52,610 nucleotides of DNA from positions 1 to 52,610 of the forward strand of contig JAYZAY010000066.1 of assembly GCA_036339465.1 (NCBI GenBank), written 5' to 3'. Source of the DNA: Myxococcota bacterium. GTDB taxonomy: Bacteria > Myxococcota > XYA12-FULL-58-9 > JABJBS01. Below, piece after piece: positions 1 to 11,220 of this stretch. Under the pieces are notes generated by a model. It did not search any database. It had not been told where the DNA came from and worked only from the letters and a program-made list of their open reading frames with translations. Position 1 is the stretch's first letter; each line of letters begins with the position of its first letter. The position numbers were made by a program, and so were the translations under genes.

Positions 1-101
1 TTCTTTTTTTTATTATTTTTAGTATTTTAGTATTTTTTTTTAATATTTATTTAATATTCTTTTAGATGATTTGTGTATGCTCGTGAGATACGAACTCAGT
101 A

Positions 102-1238
102 CTAACTACGCCTCAGAAAAGCAGGAATGTCATAAGTGTCCTCTTGAACTTCAGCCACGGGCTCAGGTGGACGTACTTTAACCATCGGTTCTTGTTCCCA
201 CCGATTCCTAATAATAGTAGGTATGTCGTGTCTTTCTTTCTGAATTGGTAGGTTGCGCAGATTCTCTTCAACCCGCTCTTCCACTTTATCAAATCCAGTC
301 GCAATCACAGTCACTTTGATCTCATCCTGTATGCTTTCATCAACCACCGTCCCAAAGATGATCTGTGCATCTTCATCGGCTGCCTCTTGAATCAAGGTCG
401 ATGCCATATGAACATCGTGAAGACCCATATCGAGACCGCCCGTAAGGTTGATGAGAATTCCAGTGGCGCCATCGATGCTCACATCCTCAAGCAATGGCGA
501 AGAAATCGCCTGAGAAGCAGCATCCACGGCTCTATTCTCACCGGATGCACGGCCAGTCCCCATCAAAGCCAGTCCCTGATCGGTCATAATGGTTCGAACA
601 TCGGCAAAATCCACGTTCACAAAACCATGGCGAGTAATCAAATCACTGATTCCCTGCACGGCATTGAGCAACACATCATCGACTTCCTTAAATGCATCCA
701 TCATCGATGTGTTCTTGTTGGTAATAGATAAGAGTCGTTGATTAGGAATCGTAATCAACGTATCCACATTGTCCCTTAACTCGATAATACCCGCTTCTGC
801 ATGACGACGACGACGATTGCCTTCAAAGAAAAAAGGCTTCGTCACCACACCCACAGTCAAGCAACCAAGAGACCTAGCAATAGCCGCAATCACAGGCGCC
901 GCACCCGTGCCCGTTCCACCGCCCATTCCCGCAGTCACAAAGACCATATCCGCACCATCCAGAGCCGCGGCAATTTGGTCTCGGTCTTCCAAGGCAGCCT
1001 CTCGTCCCACATCGGGATTAGCACCTGCCCCAAGACCTTTTGTCAATGTGGAACCCAAAGGTATCTTCAAAGGTGCCAAATTATTCTGCAACGCCTGCTG
1101 ATCAGTATTGCCACAGATGAAGTCTACACCATCAATGTTTCCCTGAATCATGGTGTTGATAGCATTGCCACCACCACCACCCACTCCAATAACTTTGATC
1201 ATTGCATCCTTAGACGCAGATTCGTCCAGCTGAATCAC
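102..1238 (-). CDS. ftsZ: Cell division protein FtsZ
   Basis: [13 protein letters not shown], tubulin signature [16 protein letters not shown] and C-terminal DIPAFLRR. Start placed at GTG 1238, 8 nt after GGAGG; the ORF track starts at 1259. Confidence 0.98.
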   Translation of the reverse strand: MIQLDESASKDAMIKVIGVGGGGGNAINTMIQGNIDGVDFICGNTDQQALQNNLAPLKIPLGSTLTKGLGAGANPDVGREAALEDRDQIAAALDGADMVFVTAGMGGGTGTGAAPVIAAIARSLGCLTVGVVTKPFFFEGNRRRRHAEAGIIELRDNVDTLITIPNQRLLSITNKNTSMMDAFKEVDDVLLNAVQGISDLITRHGFVNVDFADVRTIMTDQGLALMGTGRASGENRAVDAASQAISSPLLEDVSIDGATGILINLTGGLDMGLHDVHMASTLIQEAADEDAQIIFGTVVDESIQDEIKVTVIATGFDKVEERVEENLRNLPIQKERHDIPTIIRNRWEQEPMVKVRPPEPVAEVQEDTYDIPAFLRRS

Positions 1239-1303
1239 TTTCATTCCCTCCGTAGCCAACTCAGGTCGCGCAACCCAATAGAGCTAATTATTCTATTAAT
1301 ATA

Positions 1304-2533
1304 CTAAAAAAGATCGCCAAGCCAGGACTTCATTCTATTTTTTACTTTACTATAAACATTATTTTCTCGAACTTTGAAATAGCGATGTTCCTCGTGGTCA
1401 CGGCCATAAAGAACAAGGCCAACACTCGTTGAAAACATCGGACTCCTAACAACGTCTGTCAATCCACCAACACTACCTGGTAGTCCCAGTCTTACGGGCA
1501 ATCCCAAAATATCTTCCGCCAAATCGGGCATTCCATGCAATAACGTTGCTCCTCCCGTTATGACCACACCACTCGCTAGAAGGTCTTCATAACCCGTCCG
1601 CTGGATTTCTTGTTGAACGAGCGAAAACATTTCCTCTACACGTGGCTCGATAATTTCGGTGAGAATTCGTTTTGAGAGGATTCTTGGCTTTCGACCTCCC
1701 ACACTTGGAACCTCTATGGTCTCTTCTTCTTCAACCATGGAAGTCATTGCACAACCAAAGGTCTGCTTAATTCGTTCGGCATCCTCCATCGGAGTTCGTA
1801 ACCCCACCGCGATATCGTTGGTGATATGGTCGCCACCAATCGCCAGTACTGAAGTGTGAATGATACTTCCTTCACTCCAAATTGCGAGGTCTGTCGTGCC
1901 ACCACCAATATCTATCAGCGCCACGCCTAGGTCTTTCTCATCCTGGGATAACACGGCGTCTGATGAAGCCAATTGCTCTAGGACGATATCTGCGACAGTC
2001 AAGCCACAGCGCTGGGCACATTTAATAATGTTCTGAGCCGAAGTAACCGCCCCCGTCACAATATGAACCTTCGCCTCCAAACGAACGCCACTCATACCCA
2101 ACGGTTCCCGAATTCCGTCTTGGTGATCAATAATGAACTCTTGAGGCAAAATGTGAATAACCTCTCGGTCAAGAGGAATGGCCACCGCCCTCGCTGCATC
2201 AATGACACGTGAAACGTCGCTGTCAGAAACTTCTCGATCCTTAACGGCCACAATGCCATGACTGTTCAGTCCCTTGATATGTCCCCCTGCAATCCCCGCA
2301 TAAACGTGCGCGATTTCACAACCCGCCATCAATTCTGCTTCACGAACGGCATTCTTAATTGACTCAACCGTTGCTTCAATATTGATAACAACCCCTTTTC
2401 TGAGGCCCTTCGATGGATGAGTTCCAATTCCCACCACTTCCAAATTCCCGTCCTGGTTGATCTCAGAGACAATGCAACAAATTTTTGTGGTTCCTATATC
2501 TAGGCCAACAACAAGATTCCCAGAGTGCGCCAT
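1304..2533 (-). CDS. ftsA: Cell division protein FtsA
   Basis: GLDIGTTKI, DIGGGTTD and GVVITGG actin-fold motifs; lies between ftsQ and ftsZ. Confidence 0.98.
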   Translation of the reverse strand: MAHSGNLVVGLDIGTTKICCIVSEINQDGNLEVVGIGTHPSKGLRKGVVINIEATVESIKNAVREAELMAGCEIAHVYAGIAGGHIKGLNSHGIVAVKDREVSDSDVSRVIDAARAVAIPLDREVIHILPQEFIIDHQDGIREPLGMSGVRLEAKVHIVTGAVTSAQNIIKCAQRCGLTVADIVLEQLASSDAVLSQDEKDLGVALIDIGGGTTDLAIWSEGSIIHTSVLAIGGDHITNDIAVGLRTPMEDAERIKQTFGCAMTSMVEEEETIEVPSVGGRKPRILSKRILTEIIEPRVEEMFSLVQQEIQRTGYEDLLASGVVITGGATLLHGMPDLAEDILGLPVRLGLPGSVGGLTDVVRSPMFSTSVGLVLYGRDHEEHRYFKVRENNVYSKVKNRMKSWLGDLF

Positions 2534-2545
2534 ACTAATAACCTT

Positions 2546-3418
2546 TCAATCCTCGTTTAATTGTGGTTTTCTTGGTCGTAAAAGCCGAGCGTGCACACGC
2601 TCTGGCCGCTTTTTGCCATCAACCCACAGTACCGTCGGTATAAGTCGTTCTGAATCCAATATTCGAATCGCCTCACGGGCATTAGGAAAACGCCGAAGCG
2701 GTTTTTGGCCTAAGTGAATGGTTAAAGCCTGCTGCGAATCGGTCGGCTCCACCACAATGGACCAAAATAAATCAGGATCCCAATGTAATTCATCAATTCG
2801 CCCAAAGGTAGAGGACTGCTCTCGTGCACTATCTAGAAGTTCCAATGCTTCACGAACAAGTTGTTCGACACCCTCTAGGGGTGTCCCCTCAGGAATGCCT
2901 GTGAGTACAGGTAAGTCGAGCTGATCCGAAAAACTAAAACGCTTAAATAAAACGCCCTTTGCATCTGCGACATACAACTTACTCATGGAAACAATCAATG
3001 CAGGTTTTTGTTCGTAAACAACGATCTCTACACTATCCGGCAGAACCCGACGGATTGTAACACGTTCGACCCATGGATGCTGAGCCAAATTTTGATTCGC
3101 TTGTGCGAGGTTCGCATCAAGAATATTCGTTCCTGTTTTCAGACCTGTATAGCGCAGAATTTCGTCTGTGGGCAGTCTTTCGTTTCCCCTAACCACGAAT
3201 TTTTTCAGCTCTAAAACCTCGGAAGACACCTCTTTCGCCGAAGCAAATAAACGACGCGGCTCCCAACCAATGACCACAACACATAAAGCGAGAAAAAGAG
3301 AACTCACAATTATAAACTTGGACGTGCTGATTAAGGAAGCACGCTGCCTGGATATATTGCGCGAATTCGTCGCACGCTTGTTACCACGCTTATTTAAGTT
3401 AGATCTCGGCCACATCAC
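2546..3418 (-). CDS. ftsQ: Cell division protein FtsQ/DivIB (TM + POTRA)
   Basis: Basic N-terminus, one TM helix, POTRA-like VRGNERL...HPWVERVTIRRVLPDSVEIVVYE; immediately upstream of ftsA. Confidence 0.9.
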   Translation of the reverse strand: MMWPRSNLNKRGNKRATNSRNISRQRASLISTSKFIIVSSLFLALCVVVIGWEPRRLFASAKEVSSEVLELKKFVVRGNERLPTDEILRYTGLKTGTNILDANLAQANQNLAQHPWVERVTIRRVLPDSVEIVVYEQKPALIVSMSKLYVADAKGVLFKRFSFSDQLDLPVLTGIPEGTPLEGVEQLVREALELLDSAREQSSTFGRIDELHWDPDLFWSIVVEPTDSQQALTIHLGQKPLRRFPNAREAIRILDSERLIPTVLWVDGKKRPERVHARLLRPRKPQLNED

Positions 3419-3492
3419 TATGTCTATTTTGCTTCAATAAATTGAGATTCCCTAATTTTTGACAAGTATTTGACGGAATTTTTAAAAAAAAA

Positions 3493-4869
3493 CTAGTCTA
3501 ATTCGTTCATTAGTCGCTCAGATGCACGAACAATATTACCTGCACCTAAAGTCAGCACCATATCCCCAGGTCGCACGTGTTCAACCAAGGCATCAACCCA
3601 GGCATTTTCACCACCTGCAATATAATCCACAGCATGGTGCCCACGCTTCCGAATCTCATCCACCAGAGACTTCGCACTCACTCCTTCAATAGGTTGTTCA
3701 CTGGCTGCATAGACATCGGTCACCAAAACAACATCAGCTTCATGAAAACAGGTCGCGAAATCAGCCATGAGGTCTCTCGTTCTACTGTAACGATGGGGCT
3801 GAAAGAGCACGACCATTCGACGTCGATAACTTTCGCGGGCCGCTACCAAGGTTGCCTGGATTTCGGCTGGGTGGTGAGCATAATCATCCACCACTAAAAC
3901 ACCGTTCGCCTCTCCTTTGGTTTCAAACCTACGCCCCACACCTTGAAAACTCTCCAATGATGCGGCAGCTACCTCCATGGGCACACCGATTTCATCAGCC
4001 ACGGCGAGGGCAGCTAAGGAATTTTGAACATTATGACGACCGATCATATTGAGTACAATGGTCCCCCAATGTTCACCAAACCGTGAAAAACTAAACTCAA
4101 CCCGACCATCCATCAATCGAATATTGGAAGCTCTGTAATCCGCTTGAGGCGTGAAACCATAGGTTAAGTATCTCTTTTCCAATTTAGGAAGGATGCTTTG
4201 TACAGTGGGATGGTCGAGACATAAAACAGAGCACCCATAGAAAGGTACTTTGTTCGCAAAATCTGTAAATGCCGTCTTCATCTGTTCCATGCCACCGGTC
4301 CAATGGTCAAGATGCTCCGGATCAATATTGGTGATAATGGCCAAAGTAGGGACAAGGTTCAGAAAAGAACCATCGCTCTCATCTGCTTCCGCCAAAAGAT
4401 ACTCGCCTGCCCCCAATTTCGCATTGGTCGAAATCGACTTTAAACGACCTCCAATCACCACCGTCGGATCGATCCCCCCATCTCCAAGTATGGTCGCTAA
4501 GAGGGAGGTGGTCGTTGTTTTTCCGTGGGTACCCGCCACGGCAATGCCATATTTCAAGCGCATCAACTCAGCGAGCATCTCAGCCCGTCGAATCACGGGT
4601 ACGCCTTGTCGATGGGCTTCTCTTACTTCCGGATTGTCCGTGCTGACCGCCGTAGAAGTCACAACAACATCTGCGTTGTTCAAGTTTTCAGCAGCATGAC
4701 CAATTTTGATATCAGCACCCAAAGACCTCAGTCGCTCGGTGGTTTTGGAGAGGCTTAGATCACTGCCATGAATGTCAAAACCTAGATTAAGTAGTACTTC
4801 TGCGATACCACTCATTCCGATCCCACCAATACCAATAAAATGTAATCTCTGTACTCGACCTCTAAACAT
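3493..4869 (-). CDS. murC: UDP-N-acetylmuramate--L-alanine ligase
   Basis: [48 protein letters not shown]. Confidence 0.98.
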   Translation of the reverse strand: MFRGRVQRLHFIGIGGIGMSGIAEVLLNLGFDIHGSDLSLSKTTERLRSLGADIKIGHAAENLNNADVVVTSTAVSTDNPEVREAHRQGVPVIRRAEMLAELMRLKYGIAVAGTHGKTTTTSLLATILGDGGIDPTVVIGGRLKSISTNAKLGAGEYLLAEADESDGSFLNLVPTLAIITNIDPEHLDHWTGGMEQMKTAFTDFANKVPFYGCSVLCLDHPTVQSILPKLEKRYLTYGFTPQADYRASNIRLMDGRVEFSFSRFGEHWGTIVLNMIGRHNVQNSLAALAVADEIGVPMEVAAASLESFQGVGRRFETKGEANGVLVVDDYAHHPAEIQATLVAARESYRRRMVVLFQPHRYSRTRDLMADFATCFHEADVVLVTDVYAASEQPIEGVSAKSLVDEIRKRGHHAVDYIAGGENAWVDALVEHVRPGDMVLTLGAGNIVRASERLMNELD

Positions 4870-5945
4870 CAGCTTATCTCTCGCTTAATTTCATCCACTA
4901 TTTTACTAGCAGCCGCGGGGCAACCAATTCGAATCGAGGCCTCAGCCATATTCCTCAATCGCGACCTGTCATTGGCCAAGTGCTCAATCAAGTCAGCCAA
5001 CTTTTCTGGACTCAAATCTTTTTGGGCCAGATGGAGCGCCGCCCCCGCTTCCACCAAGGTCATAGCATTCGCAGTTTGATGGTCGTCAACCGCAAATGGG
5101 AAAGGAATCAAGACAGATGGACGTCCCGTCACGGTTAACTCCGCGATGCTCGTCGCCCCAGCCCGGCATACCACCAATTCAGCCCAACCATATGCTTCAG
5201 ACATATCTTCAATGAAATCTACTACTTTAACTAATCCTCCCGCCAAATCATACACCTTCCGAACCCCGTCTGCTTGATTTCTTCCCGCTTGGTGCCAAAT
5301 TTGTATTTCCACTTTCCGATCTAAGAGCTCCTTTAATACCAAGGGCATCGTTTCATTTAGAACACGCGCCCCCTGAGAACCCCCAAAAATCAAGATTCGC
5401 AACACGCCAACATCCCCTTCGGACTGGTCATGCTCTCGTACCGTGAGCATCTCCGCCCTAACCGGATTCCCCGTCACAACAACTTTTGACTCAGCAAACC
5501 CCGGAATAGGCAAGCTCGCTAGAACTTTCCGTGCAAACCTGGATAAAATTCGGTTGGTCATACCAGGAACTGCATTTTGTTCCAAAACAAAACAGGGAAC
5601 CCTTAGGACCCAAGCCGCAAAAACAGCGGGACCAGCAGCATATCCACCACAACTAATCGCTGCACTCGGACGAAAGCTTGCCACAATCCACAGCGCTTTA
5701 AGAACTGAATAGGGGATTCGCCAACCGGCCTCAATCAAACTCTTCAAACCCTTCCCGCGTAATCCCGCTACTGGCAGTAGTTTGAGTGCATACCCTAAGT
5801 TGGGCACCATTCTCGCTTCAATCCCAAAGGGAGAGCCCACGAAAAGGAGTTCAGCCTGAGGGTACTCTTGCAGAAATGCCTGTGCCACCGCGATACCAGG
5901 AAATAGATGTCCACCAGTACCGCCACCCGCAATCAAAATCCGCAT
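4869..5945 (-). CDS. murG: Undecaprenyl-PP-MurNAc-pentapeptide N-acetylglucosamine transferase
   Basis: [41 protein letters not shown]. Confidence 0.98.
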   Translation of the reverse strand: MRILIAGGGTGGHLFPGIAVAQAFLQEYPQAELLFVGSPFGIEARMVPNLGYALKLLPVAGLRGKGLKSLIEAGWRIPYSVLKALWIVASFRPSAAISCGGYAAGPAVFAAWVLRVPCFVLEQNAVPGMTNRILSRFARKVLASLPIPGFAESKVVVTGNPVRAEMLTVREHDQSEGDVGVLRILIFGGSQGARVLNETMPLVLKELLDRKVEIQIWHQAGRNQADGVRKVYDLAGGLVKVVDFIEDMSEAYGWAELVVCRAGATSIAELTVTGRPSVLIPFPFAVDDHQTANAMTLVEAGAALHLAQKDLSPEKLADLIEHLANDRSRLRNMAEASIRIGCPAAASKIVDEIKREIS

Positions 5946-5960
5946 TACGTCCTCCGAGGC

Positions 5961-7124
5961 TCAGGAATTCCCCCCCCCGATTTCATCGGCCGTTAACAAG
6001 AGACCCACCGCCATCAAATTCATGATCAAACTGGTACCCCCTGCACTGACAAAAGGCAAAGCCAAACCCGTGGTGGGTAAGACCTTAATGGCAACGGCAA
6101 TATTCACAAAAGCAGGCACGATAATCATTCCTACCGCACCAAGCTTAAGGTACCGAGCAAAAGGAGTGGTGGCTTGTACACAAAGCTTAAAACCAAAAAG
6201 AGAAAAAATAAGATAAAGGACGACCATTCCCGCCGCGCCGATAAATCCCAGCTCTTCGCCAACAATGGCATAAATAAAATCAGTGTGGGCTTCGGGCAAA
6301 AAGCCAAACTGCTTCTTCCCTTCCCCCAAACCAACGCCCCACAGTCCTCCCGACCCAATAGACGTCAAAGCCTGGGTAATTTGATACCCACTCGTCGATT
6401 GATATTCCCACGGATCTAGAAATGCCAGCACTCGACGTAAGCGAAAGGGAGTTCCCATCACCAAATGATACATGACGGGCATCATTCCCAATACGAGGAG
6501 TACCAAAACCCGATACCTAACTCCGGCAACAAAGAGCATCAGTGCCAATATCGCTTCCATCACGATTGCCGTTCCCAAATCAGGCTCCATCATAACCAAG
6601 AGAATAGGTATCTGTCCGATCGCGAATACCCGCAATAACCCTCCAGGTGACTTCTCCCTCCCTAAATCACGTTTCGCCAATAAATAAGCTGTAAAAATAG
6701 CCATGGTTAACTTCACCAGCTCAGAAGGCTGAAAGCGAAGACCTGCGATTCCCAACCAACGTCTCGCCCCACCAACTTTGATGCCGATTCCCGGAATCAA
6801 AACCAATAGACAAAGTAAGCAAGTAAACCAAAATGCTATTTTGACAAGTCTATCATTGAGGTGTCGGCTGAACTGGTAAGCAAAAATGAGAGCCAAAATC
6901 CCCACAAGCCCGAAGGTCGCTTGCTTCAATAAAAAGTAGTAGGAAAAACCATAGTCCTTCATGGCATAGGGACCACTACTCGTATAGACCATTAGAAATC
7001 CAAGCAACACCAAGCTGGCCACGGAGAACACCACCAGACGTCGGTTGAAATCCACTGAGGGTAGAGCGCCCTCCGTCGAGCCCTTTTTCTTTCGTTCGGT
7101 TTTCTTTTCGCTCATTCTGGGCAT
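5961..7124 (-). CDS. ftsW: SEDS-family peptidoglycan glycosyltransferase FtsW
   Basis: GARRW, FQPSELVK, EPDLGT, LPEAHTDFI and multiple TM segments; dcw position. Confidence 0.95.
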   Translation of the reverse strand: MPRMSEKKTERKKKGSTEGALPSVDFNRRLVVFSVASLVLLGFLMVYTSSGPYAMKDYGFSYYFLLKQATFGLVGILALIFAYQFSRHLNDRLVKIAFWFTCLLCLLVLIPGIGIKVGGARRWLGIAGLRFQPSELVKLTMAIFTAYLLAKRDLGREKSPGGLLRVFAIGQIPILLVMMEPDLGTAIVMEAILALMLFVAGVRYRVLVLLVLGMMPVMYHLVMGTPFRLRRVLAFLDPWEYQSTSGYQITQALTSIGSGGLWGVGLGEGKKQFGFLPEAHTDFIYAIVGEELGFIGAAGMVVLYLIFSLFGFKLCVQATTPFARYLKLGAVGMIIVPAFVNIAVAIKVLPTTGLALPFVSAGGTSLIMNLMAVGLLLTADEIGGGNS

Positions 7125-7142
7125 CGCAGTCTCCCACTACGG

Positions 7143-8561
7143 TTAAGAAATATCCCCTACCCACTTCTTAAACCAGTTTCCTCGTTCTTGGTAATTCTTG
7201 AACTCATCAAAGCTAGAACAGGCTGGAGAAAAGAGGATAGCTTCTCCCTGCCGCGCAATTTTCGTCCCGGCCAGCAGTGCATCATGCAATCCATGACAGC
7301 ATTCGATGACCACTTGGTCACCATAGGTGCGCCCAAACGCTTCGGCTATCTCATTTTTCGCTTCACCGAAACAAATGACACCACGCACCATTGACCGTCC
7401 TGCCGCAAGTAACTCATCATAGCCACCGTCCTTGCTACGCCCCCCTGCTAAAAGAATAACGCTTCGTCCCATGCATCTAAGGGCCGCCGCACTTGCTGCA
7501 TCATTCGTTGCCTTTGAATCATTGATGTAAACCACGCTATCTTTTTCAGCAACCCATTCCATTCGGTGAGGCAAACCCTTAAAACTCTTATAACTCTCTA
7601 TTAAGAAGTCGGCATGTTCTTCCAATCGACCCGTAATGAGACCCGCCGCGACCAAAGAGGCCATAGCATTAAAATAGTGATGCCCTCCTACCAAAGATGG
7701 GTGTTCAAACTCACTCCCGGTCAAGAAATCTAGCTTACCCCGCCCCACCATCAGAGTCCCGTTCATGCCCAAGCCTGTCCATCCTTGAGAATCGGGTGGA
7801 TGATTCTGGGACAACCAAAAAACCTGAGCCTTCGTATTCATGGCCATCTTGCGGGTTGTCTCATCATCCCAATTCAAAATCGCGCAATCTGATTCAATCT
7901 GCTGAGACAACAAACGCTCTTTCGCAGCCGCATAACTTTCAAACGAAACATAACGCTCACTATGATCTGGCGTCAGATTTAATACCACTGAAACCTTAGG
8001 ACGATACGTAACCAACGTTTCTAATTGATAACTAGAAAGCTCTATCACCGCCACGTCAGGACAATCAGCCTCCTTATATAATTCAACCATCGGGGTCCCA
8101 AAATTCCCTCCAATGAAAGACCGTAACCCCATGGATTCCAAGAAAAAATGGGTCAGTGATGTCACTGTACTCTTGCCATTGGTCCCAGTAATAGCGATTG
8201 ATTCAGGCATCAACGACTTGGCAAGTTCGAGTTCTCCCAAAATAGGTAGCTTTGTATTAAGGATTTGGATTTCACTATCTCGCGGATCCATTCCGGGTGA
8301 AATAAAGACCCATTCCAATCTCCTTTCCAATAACGTCGAAATATCTTCCACAAAAAAGAGATTGCCGTATCGCTCTGGTAACTCAACCGGAACGACTCGA
8401 TCATAGACAATGACAGTGGCCCCCCGGTTAATCAAATATTCACTCACTGCGCGACCACTCACCCCAAATCCCAACACCCCAACACGGGCATTTTTTAGTT
8501 CTCCCAGTCGGGTTTGCAACCCTTCAGTGAAGTTCTTATTGGGATATTGGTTCATGGGCAT
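7143..8561 (-). CDS. murD: UDP-MurNAc-L-Ala--D-glutamate ligase
   Basis: ITGTNGKSTV, ELSSYQLE, NDSKATN, SPACSSFDEF. Confidence 0.97.
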   Translation of the reverse strand: MPMNQYPNKNFTEGLQTRLGELKNARVGVLGFGVSGRAVSEYLINRGATVIVYDRVVPVELPERYGNLFFVEDISTLLERRLEWVFISPGMDPRDSEIQILNTKLPILGELELAKSLMPESIAITGTNGKSTVTSLTHFFLESMGLRSFIGGNFGTPMVELYKEADCPDVAVIELSSYQLETLVTYRPKVSVVLNLTPDHSERYVSFESYAAAKERLLSQQIESDCAILNWDDETTRKMAMNTKAQVFWLSQNHPPDSQGWTGLGMNGTLMVGRGKLDFLTGSEFEHPSLVGGHHYFNAMASLVAAGLITGRLEEHADFLIESYKSFKGLPHRMEWVAEKDSVVYINDSKATNDAASAAALRCMGRSVILLAGGRSKDGGYDELLAAGRSMVRGVICFGEAKNEIAEAFGRTYGDQVVIECCHGLHDALLAGTKIARQGEAILFSPACSSFDEFKNYQERGNWFKKWVGDIS

Positions 8562-8562
8562 A

Positions 8563-9699
8563 TCAGCGGAGCTTGAGACTCACCAATCCGACCAAAGCTA
8601 AGATAATGGAAATAATCCAGAACCGAACGATAATCTTAGGCTCCGCCCATCCCTTAAGCTCATAATGATGATGGATGGGGGCCATTTTAAAGACCCGTTT
8701 ACCCGTCAACTTAAAACTAGCGACCTGAGCAATAACGCTTAGAGACTCCATTAGAAAAACGCCGTGGATAATGGCACTCAAAATTTCATTCTTGGTCAAA
8801 ACCGCAACCGTTCCCAAGGCGCCACCGAGGGCCAAAGACCCAACATCCCCCATAAAAACCGATGCAGGAAAGGTATTGAACCATAAAAAACCAATACCCG
8901 CACCGACCATCGCCGCACAAAACACGGAAAGCTCACTGCTTCCTTCTATGTGGACAAGATTCAGATACTCGGCCACATTAAAATTGACCCATACTTCTCC
9001 TGCCCGAAAAGTGAGCACCAAACCTGTGACATAGGAAAGAACGAGAAATACCGATGCACTCACAACAGTGGGACCAATCGCTAACCCATCTAACCCGTCG
9101 GTGAGATTAACCGCATGAGATGTTCCCATAATGACAAGAAATGCAAAAGGTATGTACCAAAAGCCAATATCGGGATTAAAGAATCGTGTTGATACAAATG
9201 GAATGCTAATGGTCGTATCAAAAGTGGGCACTCCGGCCGCCGTGGTTTCCCATAGAATAGCAACCCCCGCACCTAAAACGAGGATTTGATACAATAGCTT
9301 CTTTCTACCCGCTAAACCATCGGAATTTTTTTTACGAATTTTTCCGTAATCATCGATGAAACCGATCAGCCCAAAAGCAATCGTCACCCACAGGGCAATC
9401 CACACAAAACGATTGCTTAAATCCGCCCACAAAAGTGTACTAACTACGAGCGCAATCAAAATAAAGAGACCGCCCATGGTCGGTGTGCCGGTTTTTTTCT
9501 GATGCTGCTCTGGGGTATCTTCTCGAACATTGCTGACCCCGTGCTGAAATCTCCTCAAGAACTCAATGAACTTCGGAAAAAGAGTAAGCATGATAATTAA
9601 TGCACTCAGAGCTGCAGCGGGAATCCGAAATGAAGGATATTGCAAGACACGCCACGGACCATCCAGATCGGGAAATTGCTGCAACAAATTATAAAGCAT
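8563..9699 (-). CDS. mraY: Phospho-N-acetylmuramoyl-pentapeptide transferase
   Basis: TPTMGG, GFIDDY, NLTDGLDGLA, FMGDVGS, MAPIHHHYE. Confidence 0.98.
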   Translation of the reverse strand: MLYNLLQQFPDLDGPWRVLQYPSFRIPAAALSALIIMLTLFPKFIEFLRRFQHGVSNVREDTPEQHQKKTGTPTMGGLFILIALVVSTLLWADLSNRFVWIALWVTIAFGLIGFIDDYGKIRKKNSDGLAGRKKLLYQILVLGAGVAILWETTAAGVPTFDTTISIPFVSTRFFNPDIGFWYIPFAFLVIMGTSHAVNLTDGLDGLAIGPTVVSASVFLVLSYVTGLVLTFRAGEVWVNFNVAEYLNLVHIEGSSELSVFCAAMVGAGIGFLWFNTFPASVFMGDVGSLALGGALGTVAVLTKNEILSAIIHGVFLMESLSVIAQVASFKLTGKRVFKMAPIHHHYELKGWAEPKIIVRFWIISIILALVGLVSLKLR

Positions 9700-9701
9700 A
9701 T

Positions 9702-11123
9702 TTAGTCTGCCTCGGAGAGTGCTTCAACCACCCTCTCCATTCGCATACTTCTAGAGCCTTTGACAAGAACCCAGCCACGGTCATCGAGAAATCCCTTCAC
9801 CAAACCTGCAATATCTTCCTCCATGCCCACGTGATGTGCACTTTTCGCCCCTGCCAACCGCGCCCCTTCGATCAAGGCTTGGCCCAAAGGACCGACTGCG
9901 ACAATGTGCTCAACACCCATCTCAGTAAATTTGGTCCCCACCTCAAAATGTAAACGCTCTGACTTTTCACCCAATTCTCCCATATCGCCAAGAATCGCAG
10001 CCGTGGGTCCGAATTTCGAAAGCTCGACCAATGCCTTGCCTGCAGCAAGCATAGAAGCTGGGTTGGCATTGTAAGTATCATCGATCACCCGAAAATCGTC
10101 ACGAACCTTAATTAGTTTCATGCGTCCACCCGGTAACTCTACCCTTGCCAAGCCCTCCTCAATTTCAGCCAGGGTTGCCCCAACGCCAATAGAAGCCGCA
10201 ATTGCGCCGGCAACATTGAGTGCTTGATGTTCTCCTAAAACGGGGACGGTAACCTCCAAACTCGTATTTTCCACCATCAAAAGAACCTCAAGACCATTTT
10301 CCCGGACGACGCTCTTAGAGAGATAAACGTCATTGCTCATAGAACGGCCAAAGAGGATGCGAGGTCGTCTGGCTAGAAAGGGAACACAATACTCTTTGAT
10401 CAAATCATCATCAGTGTTGATCACCCCAATGGCATTAAGGGGCAAACCATCAAAGAGCTCGCCTTTAGCCTTTGCTACTCCCTCAACAGATTTTAACCCC
10501 TCAAGGTGCGCCGGCGCCACATTGGTAATGAGGCCCACACTTGGAGACCCCATTTTCACAAGCCGACGTAACTCGCCCGGCTCATTCATTCCCATTTCAA
10601 GAACTGAAACCCAGGCGTTTTCCCGCCATTCAAGTAAGGTACGTGGTACCCCAATTAAATTGTTAAAGTTCCCTTGAGTTTTATGAATGCTGCCACGGAC
10701 AGCCAGGATAGAAGCAACAAATTCTTTGGTGGATGTCTTACCATTCGAGCCCGTAATGGCCACCAATGGACTTGCCATCTGTCGCCGATGTAATGCTGCG
10801 ATTTCACCATAAGCGCGAAGGGTATTGTCCACCGCCAAAACCGTGACATCGTCCCCAATGAATTTCTTCAATCGCGGAAGCTCACTTTCTTCAACAACAA
10901 TGGCTCTGCAACCCTGCTTGAGAACGTCTTCGACAAAATCGTGTCCATTAAAATGGGGACCCTTCAATGCCAGGAAAATACAAGTAGGCGGTAGACGACG
11001 TGAATCCGTCGCTACCGCCTCGTATTGGGCTGAGAGCCCCCCTCCTGAAATACTTGCCCTGGTGGCTCGCGCAAACCGTTCCAGAACCCACGGATAAACT
11101 TTATTATCGCTTGACTTATTCAC
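9702..11123 (-). CDS. murF: UDP-MurNAc-tripeptide--D-Ala-D-Ala ligase
   Basis: ITGSNGKTSTKE, GNFNNLIG, EMGMN, DDTYNANP, VKGSR. Confidence 0.97.
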   Translation of the reverse strand: MNKSSDNKVYPWVLERFARATRASISGGGLSAQYEAVATDSRRLPPTCIFLALKGPHFNGHDFVEDVLKQGCRAIVVEESELPRLKKFIGDDVTVLAVDNTLRAYGEIAALHRRQMASPLVAITGSNGKTSTKEFVASILAVRGSIHKTQGNFNNLIGVPRTLLEWRENAWVSVLEMGMNEPGELRRLVKMGSPSVGLITNVAPAHLEGLKSVEGVAKAKGELFDGLPLNAIGVINTDDDLIKEYCVPFLARRPRILFGRSMSNDVYLSKSVVRENGLEVLLMVENTSLEVTVPVLGEHQALNVAGAIAASIGVGATLAEIEEGLARVELPGGRMKLIKVRDDFRVIDDTYNANPASMLAAGKALVELSKFGPTAAILGDMGELGEKSERLHFEVGTKFTEMGVEHIVAVGPLGQALIEGARLAGAKSAHHVGMEEDIAGLVKGFLDDRGWVLVKGSRSMRMERVVEALSEAD

Positions 11124-11171
11124 TGTATCGTTTCGCTAATGTTTATAAAAGACAATCTTTTGTAAAAGCGA

Positions 11172-11220
11172 CGAAAAGAAAATGACAACAAAGTCATATG
11201 TACTTTTTTTGCCGTCATTT
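11172..11220 (-). terminator. Putative hairpin plus U-rich tract immediately after murE
   Basis: Minus strand AAATGACGGC...GTTGTCATTT stem (two G-U pairs) followed by TCTTTTCG. Confidence 0.35.

Noticed and set aside
1..75. Extremely T/A-rich, almost C-free low-complexity stretch
   Set aside because: Unlike the rest of the window and at its edge, with no repeat unit or hairpin. Most likely a contig-end or read-quality artefact; needs read mapping.
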